A DNA stretch of 64,000 nucleotides from Nitrososphaeraceae archaeon (GCA_035297365.1 DATGZA010000011.1:64001-128000), one strand, 5' to 3'. Counted from the stretch's first letter, positions 1-10,502 are shown. Program-made: numbers and translations. Notes: a model not told the origin generated them from the sequence alone.

Positions 1-1628
1 CAGTATTCATAATTTTCTTTATACCAGTGTATCAATTTGTTATTACTCCCCAAACAATAAACACAATCCATAAAATGACTCAAAATGAACAAGAAGAAAT
101 CGAATATGAACTTTCGTCACAATTGCCAACTGTTTTGATAGGTTCTCTAGTTACCCACCTCATTTTTGGTATTACTGTAGGTCTTGTTTCTTCTAGCCTT
201 TCTATAAAATTTGGTACTCGATATAGGTGTGCAAAGTGCGATATATCTTTCGGTAGAATTGATTCATATCAAAAACATGCTGAACTAATACATGGCACCA
301 AACCAATAGAACTAAAAAGGATAGTGATTTTGGGTGGCGGATTTGCAGGAATAAAAATATTACAACAGTTACAAAAAGAATTTCAAGATAATATTGATGT
401 AGATATAACTATTGTAAGTAGAGATAATTTCTTTCTCTTCACGCCTATGCTCCCAGAAGTAGCTGCAAGTGCAATAGAGACAAGACATATAATTACACCG
501 ATCAGATCATTCTGCAAAAGAGCTAGGTTTTTTGAAGCATACGTAGATTCAATAAATCTACAAAAAAAACAGGTAAGCATCAGATATAATATAGGAAAAC
601 AGTCCATTCCATTAAATGACAGAGTAAAAGTTCTAAAATATGATTATCTAGTTTTAGCACTTGGAGGAGAGACCAATTTTTTTGACATAGAAAGTGCATC
701 TAAAAATGCATTTACCATAAAGACTATTGGTGATGCTTTGTTATTGCGAGATCATGTTATAAATATGCTAGAGCAAGCTGATATGGAATATGAAAATATA
801 GAATTACAAAAAAGATTAATGACATTTGTAGTCGTAGGAGGCGGCTTTTCTGGTATAGAAACTGTTGGAGAATTAAATGATTTTGTTCGTGATTCTGTTA
901 AACAGTATTATCACAACATTGATATCAAATATATTAAAATAATATTGATAAATTCTGGTTCACGAATTTTACCAGAAGTCTCAGATGATTTATCAGAATT
1001 TACTCTAAATAAACTCGAAAAAAATGGAGTTCAAATTATCTTAAATAAAAGAGTTAAAGAAATAGATGAGAATTATGTATTATTAAACGATGAAGAGAGA
1101 ATATGGAGTAATACAGTAATTTGGGCGGGAGGAGTTAAACCGAATATCATTATAAGCAGTTTAAATTGCGAACATGATAAATCAGGAAAAATAATTACTA
1201 ACGAAAACCTAAAAGTAAATGGATATACGAGTATTTTTGCACTAGGAGATTGTGCTTTTATAATCGACCCTAATACTGGAAAACCATATCCACCTACAGC
1301 TCAGCATGCATTAAGGGCAGCTAAAATAGCATCTAACAACATAATTAATGAGATATACTCAAAGAAAAACAAGAAGAAAGAAGAATTAGTTTTTAACTAC
1401 AAAACTAAAGGTATGATGGCTCTTATAGGAAAAAGAAATGGTGTAGGTTTAGTATTTGGACACAAAATTCAAGGGTTTATTGGATGGCTATTCTGGAGGT
1501 TATATTACTGGGAAAATCTTCCAACTACCGAAAGAAAATTGAGAGTGATGTTGGACTGGTTTATAGATCTATTCTTCAAAAGAGACATAACGAGAATAAA
1601 AACTCGGACAGAACATGCAGAAAAATAA
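1..1628 (+). CDS. Type II NADH dehydrogenase-like FAD-dependent oxidoreductase with N-terminal TM segment and C2H2 zinc finger; probably 5'-truncated by the window
   Basis: ILGGGFAG and VVGGGFSG Rossmann motifs, FTPMLPEVA, IFALGDCA, PPTAQHA; CAKC-x12-H-x4-H before the catalytic domain; frame is open upstream of the called start at 27. Confidence 0.85.
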   Translation, partial: VFIIFFIPVYQFVITPQTINTIHKMTQNEQEEIEYELSSQLPTVLIGSLVTHLIFGITVGLVSSSLSIKFGTRYRCAKCDISFGRIDSYQKHAELIHGTKPIELKRIVILGGGFAGIKILQQLQKEFQDNIDVDITIVSRDNFFLFTPMLPEVAASAIETRHIITPIRSFCKRARFFEAYVDSINLQKKQVSIRYNIGKQSIPLNDRVKVLKYDYLVLALGGETNFFDIESASKNAFTIKTIGDALLLRDHVINMLEQADMEYENIELQKRLMTFVVVGGGFSGIETVGELNDFVRDSVKQYYHNIDIKYIKIILINSGSRILPEVSDDLSEFTLNKLEKNGVQIILNKRVKEIDENYVLLNDEERIWSNTVIWAGGVKPNIIISSLNCEHDKSGKIITNENLKVNGYTSIFALGDCAFIIDPNTGKPYPPTAQHALRAAKIASNNIINEIYSKKNKKKEELVFNYKTKGMMALIGKRNGVGLVFGHKIQGFIGWLFWRLYYWENLPTTERKLRVMLDWFIDLFFKRDITRIKTRTEHAEK

Positions 1629-1783
1629 TTTGCAAGAATGGAAAGACGGCTTAAGCGACGGTGCGATGAATAGTAAAATCAGTATTTCATGTATCAAAAG
1701 AATGTTTGGAGAATATGTTACTGTTATCAGATTTGAGAACATGATAAAGGACATTATACTAAAAGTATAATTGTACAACTTGC
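1629..1783 (+). mobile_element. Decayed IS5-family transposase C-terminal fragment
   Basis: Reads LQEWKDGLSDG...SCIKRMFGEYVTVIRFENMIKDIILKV*LYNL, resembling the W-K...S-x-I-K-R-x-F-G-E C-terminus of archaeal IS5 transposases; internal stop. Confidence 0.65.
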
Positions 1784-2076
1784 CTCAAAATATAACTGTT
1801 ACTTATTACTAGTTGGATATATATAAATAACGATTATCTGAGTTATGCAACAAAGCATAAATAATCTAAACTCTATCCAAGTTTTTTTTAAGAATGATTC
1901 AAAACAGAAAAGCTAAATATATTGAGTATAACATAAACATATGACAGAATCTGTCGTCTGTCGAACCGAGCGTGCAAATCCAGTCTAGACATCTTCCATT
2001 TTACGTGAGACATTATTAGTATACAAAAATTTCTTAACTCTGTAGTATCTTTCTAAGGATCATCATTTATACCAAT

Positions 2077-2148
2077 AAAAAATGTTACTGAACCCTGTTA
2101 ATATAAGGGCTTAGAGGATAGTCAACTGTTTTTGACGCAATTTTGTAG
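2077..2148 (+). repeat. Dispersed site A1 (left arm L1 + right arm A)
   Basis: aaaaaatgttact-GAACCC-N11-GGGCTT-agaggata-GTCAActgtttTTGAC-gcaattttgtag. Confidence 0.9.
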
Positions 2149-2452
2149 CCAGAAAAAGAGATATTGTGAATTGATAATCAGATGTAAAAGCAATTAAATG
2201 TAATTGTTCCTCAATTTATGATATAATTTCTATCATTATTCTTATATTATTATTGACATCTTTACGTCCATAATCTGAAAATCCTCCTAAAATTGGACAT
2301 AATCCGAAAGTTCTTTTATGGATGTTTAAATTTATAACTTAGCACCATAATAATAGTCTTATATCTGTATATTTTTACATCTTTTTCTGTGTCTTTTTTT
2401 GAGTAGATAAATATAATTATTGAAGTTGGGAATAAATGGTGAATAAGAAGAA

Positions 2453-2644
2453 ATGAGCGGCCAATATAGGGACTGCCTTTATCATATCACAATATATGCA
2501 GAGAGAGAAGGAACCCAGGACATACACTGTCAGACAGAAGCAACCAGAAATATATCATGTTGGACGGATTTAACAACTGTTAATTTCTGTGAATTCCATT
2601 ATCAATTAGTTTCTAGATTGATGGATGCTGAGGACAAAAAATGA
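2453..2644 (+). CDS. Small Cys/His-containing hypothetical protein
   Basis: 63-aa ORF, ATG start after a purine-rich run, tandem with the next small ORF. Confidence 0.4.
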   Translation: MSGQYRDCLYHITIYAEREGTQDIHCQTEATRNISCWTDLTTVNFCEFHYQLVSRLMDAEDKK

Positions 2645-2677
2645 TGAAGCAACAGAGATATCAAAGTAGTAACGGAT

Positions 2678-2899
2678 ATGTTTGTACAGTGTGAAAATAA
2701 GCAGTGTAAGAAATGGGTTAGATTATCCGCAGTAGATCCAGAAGATGGAATGAGAACAATTCCATTACTTTGTTTCACTAATTATAAAGGGAAAGGTGAA
2801 GATTTTTGTCTTATTGTAGTATCCTCTGACAAATTGGGTTGTCACCAATACACTCTACCTTCACATTGGGTATCGATCCAGAATCTATTCCATTATTAG
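2678..2899 (+). CDS. Small Cys-rich hypothetical protein; 3' end overlaps the opposite-strand gene
   Basis: CENKQC motif near the N-terminus; 73 aa. Confidence 0.35.
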   Translation: MFVQCENKQCKKWVRLSAVDPEDGMRTIPLLCFTNYKGKGEDFCLIVVSSDKLGCHQYTLPSHWVSIQNLFHY

Positions 2900-3664
2900 A
2901 TATTGATGTTGGGTCGAAATCTCTATCAACTATTATTCCTTTTTCCAACTGACATTCAATTAATGCATCAATCTCAGATTCGAAACCTGATCCTAAAATG
3001 GAAGAAAGGACAAGACGTAAGAAGTCATCGGATAGAATAACACCTGTTTCTTCTTCTGAATTTTGAATTATAGCACATAATTGTTCTATAGTATCCGTGG
3101 CAAATGTGATTACAAAAACCTCCTCCTCGCCTGGTGTAGTAATGGGTGGACCAATGGCGATAAAAGCAAAATCACCAAAATCTAAGATAGCAAGTAATTC
3201 TTCAATTGCTGCTTTGAGTTCAGGGTGTTCAGCAAAACATTCTTCACATCCTAGGTCTTCCTCTTCTTCTGGCGGTGGAGTAATTTTTACCTGTTCGTTG
3301 TCATTCACATTTGCGCATACGTTTAAAGGTTTCTATCAAAGTTTATTCTGTCTGCAAGTCCGTTACCGTTTTGAGTATTTGCTCCTTCCTGACCTCCTTC
3401 ATTTGTTGCTGCAGTAGCAGCACCGTCTTGAGGTATTTGGGTAATATCTATTCCATTGACATTTATGTTACTGTTTACACACTTTATTTTTTGGATATCT
3501 GTATAACTCTTTTTTTGATGGTTATTATCATATCCGTACTGGTCTCCGTACATTTGTGCAGTTGCATTTGTAATTGTTGATGGGTTCAAAGCCAGTATAC
3601 TTGTCGCTAGTATTGCTCCCAGTATAGAAGCAAAAACTATCATTCTGCTGTTGCTATTGCTCAT
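2811..3664 (-). pseudogene. CVNSNINVNG-module secreted protein, copy 1, split by a 1-nt deletion near 3325
   Basis: ORFs 3323..3736 and 2811..3308 join if AAC CTT TAA ACG is restored to AAC CTT GTA AAC GTA (NLVNV, as in the paralogs); likely start MSNSNSRMIVFAS at 3664. Confidence 0.8.
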
Positions 3665-3805
3665 TACATTGTTAAATACGATTTTAATATATCTAAGGTT
3701 GGAAGGAACATTATCTATCTTGTAATATTTTATCATGCTGAATTATTGACTATAAGAAGAATAGCAACTAATCTTTAAGTAAATATAATATGAAATATTT
3801 CAATA
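3665..3805 (-). promoter_or_regulatory. Conserved upstream leader of the CVNSNINVNG family (copy 1)
   Basis: Aligns by eye with 4456-4595, 25420-25554, 52133-52250 and 52905-53031; TATA-like ATATATTAAA about 20-27 bp before ATG. Confidence 0.7.
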
Positions 3806-3891
3806 ATCTCAAGAATTGTAGTTTTGTTAGTTAATTAATTAATTAATTACTAAGAAAAGGTACAACAACCAAAAAAACGAATGAAAAAAAT

Positions 3892-4455
3892 TTATGGCGG
3901 TGGCAGTATTATTAAGCCTAATTCTGCTAGACAATTGACTATTGATTCTTTTTGCTTGTCTGTTATATTCGGTATCCCACCAAGTAGGAGTCCAAGAGAA
4001 AGGTTTTCCGCGCTTCCATTTGGTGTCTCAGCGAAAAAATCACACAATTCATCGATTGAATCAAAGTCGGTGATCTCTAACGCAGTGGCAATTTGTGCTC
4101 TATTTAGAACTGAAAACAAACAGTCCTCACAAGTTAGTTGGTCAGGACCGTTTATCTGTTCATTGTCATTAACATTTACACAGATATTTACTAGGTTTCT
4201 ATCGAAGTTTATTCTATCTGCAAGTCCATTGCCGTTCTCTGTATTCGGTTCTTCATTTGCTGCTGCTACTGCTGCAGTATTGTCTTGTGGCACTTGTGTG
4301 ATATCTACACCATTGATATTTATGTTACTGTTCACACATTTTATTTTCTGTATTTCCGCCTTTGCATTTCCTATCATCATTAATGGGTTTAAAACCAATA
4401 GACCTGTCGCAACTATCACTGCGATAGAAGCCAGAACTATCTTTTTACTGGTCAT
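3892..4455 (-). CDS. CVNSNINVNG-module secreted protein, copy 2 (intact), helical Cys-containing C-terminal domain
   Basis: Signal-peptide-like N-terminus; IQKIKCVNSNININGVDITQVPQD...NGNGLADRINFDRNLVNICVNVNDNEQ. Confidence 0.8.
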   Translation of the reverse strand: MTSKKIVLASIAVIVATGLLVLNPLMMIGNAKAEIQKIKCVNSNININGVDITQVPQDNTAAVAAANEEPNTENGNGLADRINFDRNLVNICVNVNDNEQINGPDQLTCEDCLFSVLNRAQIATALEITDFDSIDELCDFFAETPNGSAENLSLGLLLGGIPNITDKQKESIVNCLAELGLIILPPP

Positions 4456-4595
4456 TACATTGTTAAATGCGAATTTAATATATCTATAGTTAGTAGGAAC
4501 ATTATCTAATGTTCTAATATTCTATCATTCTGAATTATTGACAATAAGAAGAATAGCAATTGATCTACAATTACAATATGAGGTATTGTAATAAT
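4456..4595 (-). promoter_or_regulatory. Conserved leader copy 2 with perfect inverted repeat GAACATTA-N2-TAATGTTC (4497-4514)
   Basis: The same palindrome occurs at 52174-52191, just upstream of the TATA-like box. Confidence 0.7.
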
Positions 4596-4705
4596 ATTAT
4601 GTGTTGGATTATAGTTAGTTAATTAGTTAATATATTCAAAATAAAAATAATGGTTATATCACTTGTTGGTATATTATGAAGTCACTGAAGGAAAGAGGGA
4701 CGAGG

Positions 4706-5011
4706 TTAAGAAAAGGTTTGAATTTGTCCACTTTTGAAATTACTATCGATAGAGACCCAGAGAGGTTTTTCATATCTTAATATATTTATAATATCATTAA
4801 ATCTATCTATATGATAAAAAATGTCAAATGTTCCGTCTTCATTTATGATATTCTTAGGAAGAGGTGAATCATCTACAAATCTAAGTGCCCCGAGGTTGTT
4901 GTTGTCCTTATCGGAGAGATGTATATATGCTGACATTTTAGGTACATCCTGGAAATTATCACTGTTATATGCTATTCGATATGAATCAATCTGTTTTGAA
5001 ATGAAAGACAT
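4706..5011 (-). CDS. Hypothetical protein, C-terminus possibly truncated
   Basis: 101-aa ORF with plausible composition (FNDIINILRYEKPLWV). Confidence 0.6.
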   Translation of the reverse strand: MSFISKQIDSYRIAYNSDNFQDVPKMSAYIHLSDKDNNNLGALRFVDDSPLPKNIINEDGTFDIFYHIDRFNDIINILRYEKPLWVSIDSNFKSGQIQTFS

Positions 5012-5076
5012 GACAGTCTAACGATTTTATTGTTATTATAACCTTTACATTATACTATTTATTTTATAGGATAGTT

Positions 5077-5619
5077 ATGTCAAAAGAAGAAATAGCAAAA
5101 TCAATAATTTCTCAAGAGATATGTCAAATAGATTCTGATACGTCTAAAATCAAAGAAAATGGATGTGCAGCATGTCATGTGCTATTTACCTTAGTTGATA
5201 AAATGCAGATAAGTGAACAAGATGCGTCAGAATTGCTATCAGAGATTTTAACCAATGAATCAAATCTAAATGATCAATTTATTGAAATGATCGAAACTAT
5301 TCATATGAAACAAAGAATGATTGGTGTAACATTTTCAATAAAAACCAGAGAAGCTAAAGATCGGTATATAGACTTAAATCTAAAAAATTTTTTGGAAGAA
5401 CTATCAACTGATTTGGTAAATTATGGTAGTGATATAATATTACATAAATTACTTTTATCATCAATTTCATTACAAATAGCACAAAATATAGGAATAGACC
5501 ACCATTCAGCAACTGAAGAACTTTATTATTATATTCGTAAAAATGAACAGAATACAAATCAAAACATAACACAGTTCATTGACAAATTTTATGAAAGAAT
5601 CATAAAAAGTAACAAATAA
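5077..5619 (+). CDS. Hypothetical protein with CxxCH-like motif (GCAACHV)
   Basis: 180-aa ORF, no signal peptide. Confidence 0.7.
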   Translation: MSKEEIAKSIISQEICQIDSDTSKIKENGCAACHVLFTLVDKMQISEQDASELLSEILTNESNLNDQFIEMIETIHMKQRMIGVTFSIKTREAKDRYIDLNLKNFLEELSTDLVNYGSDIILHKLLLSSISLQIAQNIGIDHHSATEELYYYIRKNEQNTNQNITQFIDKFYERIIKSNK

Positions 5620-5678
5620 GATATTAGCAGTATGTATAATGTTAAAATTTTTGATTTGAAAATTATTTAGTTTAATCA

Positions 5679-5840
5679 AGATCTGAAGGCTTCGACTATG
5701 ACATGTAATACGGATCAATACTCTCGTATTTAGTCATTTAGTAACTTATTTGAAATCTTTACCATATAATTCTGAGAGAATTTTGAAATAAAGATAAAGG
5801 GAATCAGTGGGATTTGAACGCTTCTATAAAGTGGGACCAG
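5679..5840 (+). repeat. Dispersed site B1 with long right extension
   Basis: gaaggcttc-GACTAT-gacatgtaata-CGGATC...gtatttag...gggaatcagtgggattt-GAACGC-N11-GGGACC; about 160 bp homologous to 49670-49830. Confidence 0.8.
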
Positions 5841-5901
5841 TTCCTTTTTGAATAAATTACTATTATCTATCCTATACTTTTGAATTTTTATTTCAAAATT
5901 T

Positions 5902-6060
5902 TTAGTTTACTAGGTCATCTATAGAAATTGGAGGATACTTTTCATCTAGATCTTTAACTATTTTAGTCTTTTCTAGATTGGTAGCATCATCAGCAATACG
6001 TTTGATTGCTACAGTTGCTTCATGCATTTCTTTAGTTCCTTGAGATATTTCATCGGTCAT
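5902..6060 (-). CDS. Small hypothetical protein (52 aa, below the ORF-track cutoff)
   Basis: MTDEISQGTKEMHEATVAIKRIADDATNLEKTKIVKDLDEKYPPISIDDLVN; AT-rich TATA-like run upstream. Confidence 0.45.
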   Translation of the reverse strand: MTDEISQGTKEMHEATVAIKRIADDATNLEKTKIVKDLDEKYPPISIDDLVN

Positions 6061-6251
6061 GCCTGCAGTATTTTTATAATGTGTATAAAATACTATAAAG
6101 ATATTGGTTGTTGTTCTCTTTGTATTTTTACTCCATGAATGATATAGGTAACATATATTATAAACAGTATAATTTAAGACAATAAATATATATTTTTACA
6201 TTTTTATTATAAATACAAACATCTAAAAATATTATATATCTATATGTATTA

Positions 6252-6869
6252 TTATCTTATTTTATTACCTAATTCTTCAATAAAAGCAATTTCTGATAAT
6301 GGTTTTCTTTCTCTAGGGGAATTAGCTTTTTCTCTATATCTTTCTGGTAATATTTCGTGAGAATCTTGATATCCAATTGCTATCATTATACCAATTTCAT
6401 ATTCATCGGGGATGTTGAAAACTTTCCCCGCTTTGTCTCTATCAAATCCACCCATTTCATGCATAATTAATCCTTGATTGAATGATTCAAGAAACATATT
6501 TTCATTGGCTGCACCTAAATCGTGAAAGTGAAGTCTATTATAAATTCCATTATCAGAATAAGTTTTTTTTGTTATTGCACAAATTAAAATTGGAGCTCGT
6601 TTAGCATAATTGTTTATTTCTAATAATACTGATCTTGCTTTATCAAGCTTCTCTGGCTTATCATCAGTAAAAACTATGTAACGCCATGGTTGTTCATTAC
6701 GCGACGATGGTGCCCATCTAGCGGCTTCGAGAATAGAAAGTAATTTTGATTTTTCTACTTTTTTAGTTGAAAATGCTCTTGCACTCCATCGTCTTGCAAT
6801 TAACTTATGTATTGGAAAATCTGTATTTGCTATTTTTGTTATCAAATTATTATTATTTTTATCGCTCAC
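6252..6869 (-). CDS. Nitroreductase family protein
   Basis: RRWSARAF, AARWAPSSRNEQPWRY, DLGAA, MGGFD, IAIGY. Confidence 0.93.
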   Translation of the reverse strand: MSDKNNNNLITKIANTDFPIHKLIARRWSARAFSTKKVEKSKLLSILEAARWAPSSRNEQPWRYIVFTDDKPEKLDKARSVLLEINNYAKRAPILICAITKKTYSDNGIYNRLHFHDLGAANENMFLESFNQGLIMHEMGGFDRDKAGKVFNIPDEYEIGIMIAIGYQDSHEILPERYREKANSPRERKPLSEIAFIEELGNKIR

Positions 6870-6945
6870 AAAAAATCACCGATTTCTCTTACTTTTTTTC
6901 TTATCCTTTGCATTTATATTCTATCCATTTTACTCTTGCAAAATA

Positions 6946-7016
6946 GATGTATGTGAACCCCTATATAACACGGGCTCGGAGAATAATCAACTGTTTTTGA
7001 CGCAATTTTGTAGTTC
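6946..7016 (+). repeat. Dispersed site A2 (L2 + A)
   Basis: gatgtatgt-GAACCC-ctatataacac-GGGCTC-ggagaataatcaactgtttttgacgcaattttgtagttc. Confidence 0.9.
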
Positions 7017-7177
7017 TGATCAGGAATTAATTACCTTACACTCTTATTATATTTTACATATATCTTATTTTATTTATAAAAATGAATTCAAATGAGACTA
7101 AAGTTTTCATTATTTTGATTTTTCAAATTTTTTTATAATATCTATCTGGTATAACAATCATATTATCAAAAGGGTAA

Positions 7178-7633
7178 CTAATGCCTTGAAGTCAATAACT
7201 TCTCTTTGTTATCTGCTTTAGCAAATGCATACAATGCATCATATACCGGAAATTGTTTTGCCATATTATCATAATCATCCTTTGATATAACATTAAAACC
7301 AGCAGCTATTGCAGCAAGTCCTGCTGACTGTGGTGTTAATTGTCTTTTTTCTGTGTCTGCACCTCTTACAATCTCTGCTAAGGTTAGTAGTTCTGGATTC
7401 TTTTGGTCAAGTTCATACTTTCTTATAATGGCATCAAATGAACATTCATCGCCATGATGACCCAATTCAACGTTCGGAACATCAAATGGAATAGCATCTT
7501 CATTTCTCATTATTTCAAGTACATTATGTGAAGGTACAAACAGAAATTTGGCTTCCTTATCTACAAAATTCCTTATCAGCCAAGGACATGCAATTCTGTC
7601 TACTTTAGCATGTTCTCTTGTTATCCATTTCAT
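7178..7633 (-). CDS. chrB: Chromate resistance protein ChrB domain protein
   Basis: MKWITRE...VDRIACPWLIRNFVD...PFDVP...HHGDECSFDAI...IVRGAD. Confidence 0.88.
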   Translation of the reverse strand: MKWITREHAKVDRIACPWLIRNFVDKEAKFLFVPSHNVLEIMRNEDAIPFDVPNVELGHHGDECSFDAIIRKYELDQKNPELLTLAEIVRGADTEKRQLTPQSAGLAAIAAGFNVISKDDYDNMAKQFPVYDALYAFAKADNKEKLLTSRH

Positions 7634-8022
7634 AAATGGTTTTTAATGAAATAATAGTATTTGAATCAATTTCTTTAGTAAATGTATTACTATAGTGCAA
7701 AAATGTATAGAGCATTAACCTATTAACCATATGGAACTGTATTTTAAGTTGTTAAACAGTAAATTTTAAATATATAAAGTATTTTTTATGAATCCCTGCT
7801 GTAGCTAAATCAATTAAGTGTATAGTTTGTGTACATGAGATAACTTCTATAATATATCAATCATAGTTTATTACATGATTTAGTCCACAATCAAGTTGCT
7901 AAATAATTTTCTATCTATGTTACTATCACTTCTTTAGAACGTTAATTCTGAATGTTCAAATACTAAAATTGCAATCATAATTGTTCCAATCTCAAAAATA
8001 TTTTAATCATATCTAACTGTAT

Positions 8023-9411
8023 ATGACTAACCAAAGATTACTTTTGGTTTCTATATTGACATTATTAGTAGCTGCAGGTCTATTGGTCTTAAGTCCTTCA
8101 ATGATAATATGAAATGCACAAGGACAAATGTACAACTACGACTACCAAAACGATCACTATAAAGTTTATCCAGATCCAAAAAAAGAGTTCTGATGCAAAC
8201 ATCCAGAAAATTAATGTATCAATACCAACATCAATGTAAATGGAATAGATATTACTGAGACTCCTAAACACAGTACTGCTCTAGCAACAGCAAATGAACG
8301 AGGTGCTGAAGGAACAGCAGAAACAGCAAATACTCAAAACGGTAATGGCCTTGCCGATAGAATAAACTTGGACAAGAATGTTGTAAACATATGTGTAAAT
8401 GTTAATTTTAACGAACAGGTACAAGAAAATCCTCTTACTTTGATGACTTGGAATATCTATCAGGGTGCAGATCTGTCACCAATATTTGCTGCTACTACCC
8501 CCAATGAATTTTTTAAGGCTGTCGGTGCTGCTTATAATAGAGTCCAAGCAACCAATTTTGTGGAAAGGCCGGATTCAATTGCAGACGAGATCCAGGAAAG
8601 TCAACCTGATCTGATAGGTCTTCAAGAAGTGATATTACTTAGGACACAAATTCCTTTTGACGGTCCTACGACACCTGCAACTACGATTTCATTTGATTAT
8701 CTTAAAATTCCTATAGACTCACTAGCTGAACATGGATTAATTTATGAACCGATTGTTGTTCAGACAGGTACTAATATTGAAGTTCCAGGCTTGACATCTA
8801 CAGGCCTTGTGAATATAAGACTCACTGACAGGGATGTAATATTGGCCCGAGCAGACAAAGATTTTACATTATCAAATATCCATCGAGAGCAGTTTGATGT
8901 GAAACTACCATTAACAACTCTATTTGGATCTATTAGTATACCACACTCATGGGTTTCAGTGGATGTAACGTTTGATAAAGGAGATAAAGGCCGTATCGTC
9001 TCTACTCATCTAAAGCCCCTGTCTCCTATTATTCAGGGATTACAAGCAGATGAGTTGTTAAATGGGCCTGCTAATACAGATTTACCTGTTGTGTTGATAG
9101 GCGATTTCAATTCAAATGCTTATGGAACTGGGACACAAACATACACAAAACTAAAAGATGCAGATTTTATTGATGCGTGGACTATAAAGGGAAAAGGCAC
9201 TAGTTTTACTTGTTGCCAGGCTTATGATTTGCTAAACCAGGATTCTTCCCTAACTGATAGAATAGATTTGGTGATGTTCCGAGGCAATTTTGATGTAAAA
9301 GATATAGAAATTACTGGGAATTCGCAAAATGATCGTACAATATCTGGTCTTTGGCCATCGGACCATGCAGGACTTGTGACTAATCTAATACTGAATAGTG
9401 ATAAACATTAA
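8023..9411 (+). pseudogene. CVNSNINVNG-module copy 3: decayed N-terminal module fused to an endonuclease/exonuclease/phosphatase domain (ORF 8368..9411 is open)
   Basis: 8023-8410 encodes frameshifted IQKI.CINTNINVNGIDITE...NGNGLADRINLDKNVVNICVNVN; the EEP domain has MTWNIY, LQEV, GDFNS, RID and SDH motifs. Confidence 0.8.
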
Positions 9412-9809
9412 CAATCTCAGCAGTGTTGAGAGATTATAATTGTAATAAGATTCAATACTATAAATTTGTAGATTGCAGATAAAGACAAAGACAATAATAA
9501 TATAATATAGTCAGAAATAGGAACAAACAAAATAACATTCTAAGAATATTGCAATTACTATTTCTTTAATAAATTCAATTTAACTATTTTACACTTTGCA
9601 GAATTATTACTAATATTTGATTTGCATTTACTAGAATTATTCACATATAGTTAGATCTTTCGTAAAATTAACAAGACCCTAATTTTTCATGGGCACATAT
9701 AATTTTCTAATTATCATGAACAATATTTTAGCTGTATTTGTAAGATGTTTATAGCATGTAGAAGAATTTAAAAAATACTATAATAAAGAATTAAAAAATT
9801 GAGTTGAAG

Positions 9810-10352
9810 TTATTTATTTAGTTTCCATATCTTGGTTATTGAATTTCCATTTTGATCTATTTCATCTGCATATATCCCAACTATATTATTTAGTATAGAT
9901 AATACTCCAGTATTAGTAGTATCAAAATTCACCGATCCCAAGTTTCTTAATTTTCCATCATCATCACGCTTTCCAATCCCACTAAAAGTATATTTTGCTA
10001 CCTTATTATCCAACGTTATAAGTATCCCGTGACCTTTTGTGTACTTATAGCCATCATCCTTTAAAGTAGACCAAGCAGTTCCAAAATCCATTATAGGAAT
10101 ATTCCCATTTAGTGTACCATTACCTGACCAAGATACTTCTAGTTCTGGTTTGTCCATATTGGTTAATCTCATTCCTGCACCTTGTCCTTTCAATACTAAT
10201 AGTAATTCACCTATATTTACAGAAAGATCTTTAGTGGTAGTTGTATTTGTCATGTTGTTCATATTAGTTTGCATTTGTGCATTAATCATACTTGATGTTG
10301 TCAAAAAAAATATCGACATAACCAGTATTCCAAAAGTTAATAGATATTTCAT
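9810..10352 (-). CDS. Secreted beta-rich hypothetical protein, paralog of 37344..37745
   Basis: Signal-peptide-like N-terminus; shared pattern D.GT.W.T....G..Y..G.G...LNN....EID..GN....W. Confidence 0.75.
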   Translation of the reverse strand: MKYLLTFGILVMSIFFLTTSSMINAQMQTNMNNMTNTTTTKDLSVNIGELLLVLKGQGAGMRLTNMDKPELEVSWSGNGTLNGNIPIMDFGTAWSTLKDDGYKYTKGHGILITLDNKVAKYTFSGIGKRDDDGKLRNLGSVNFDTTNTGVLSILNNIVGIYADEIDQNGNSITKIWKLNK

Positions 10353-10440
10353 ATCTAATTATTTATATATAAAATTCTAGACTAAAAATATTTGTTAAAT
10401 TTAATAAATGAAAAATTAGTAAAATCAAAAAATATTAGAG

Positions 10441-10502
10441 TTTAACTTTACTTTGCTAGTTTCTTCTACCTTTTTCAGAACAGTTTCAAGTTTCTGTGAC
10501 AT
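10441..10502 (-). pseudogene. N-terminal stub (MSQKLETVLKKVEETS) homologous to 43500-43644; possible tyrosine integrase remnant
   Basis: Shares tttttcagaacagtttcaagttt with 43613-43635; family assignment is from recall only. Confidence 0.4.

Noticed and set aside
3881-4489. Long antisense ORFs (also 3097..3417, 16475..16870, 25727..25987, 38327..38962, 57000..57455)
   Set aside because: Shadows of better-supported genes on the opposite strand, with no motifs of their own.
5161-5178. c-type cytochrome call from the CAACH motif
   Set aside because: No export signal and no cytochrome c context; more likely another metal site.
9674-9696. Lone AGACCC-N11-GGGCAC, and partial matches at about 43824-43850 and 52805-52850
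   Set aside because: Too degenerate and lacking a recognisable arm; not counted among the sites.
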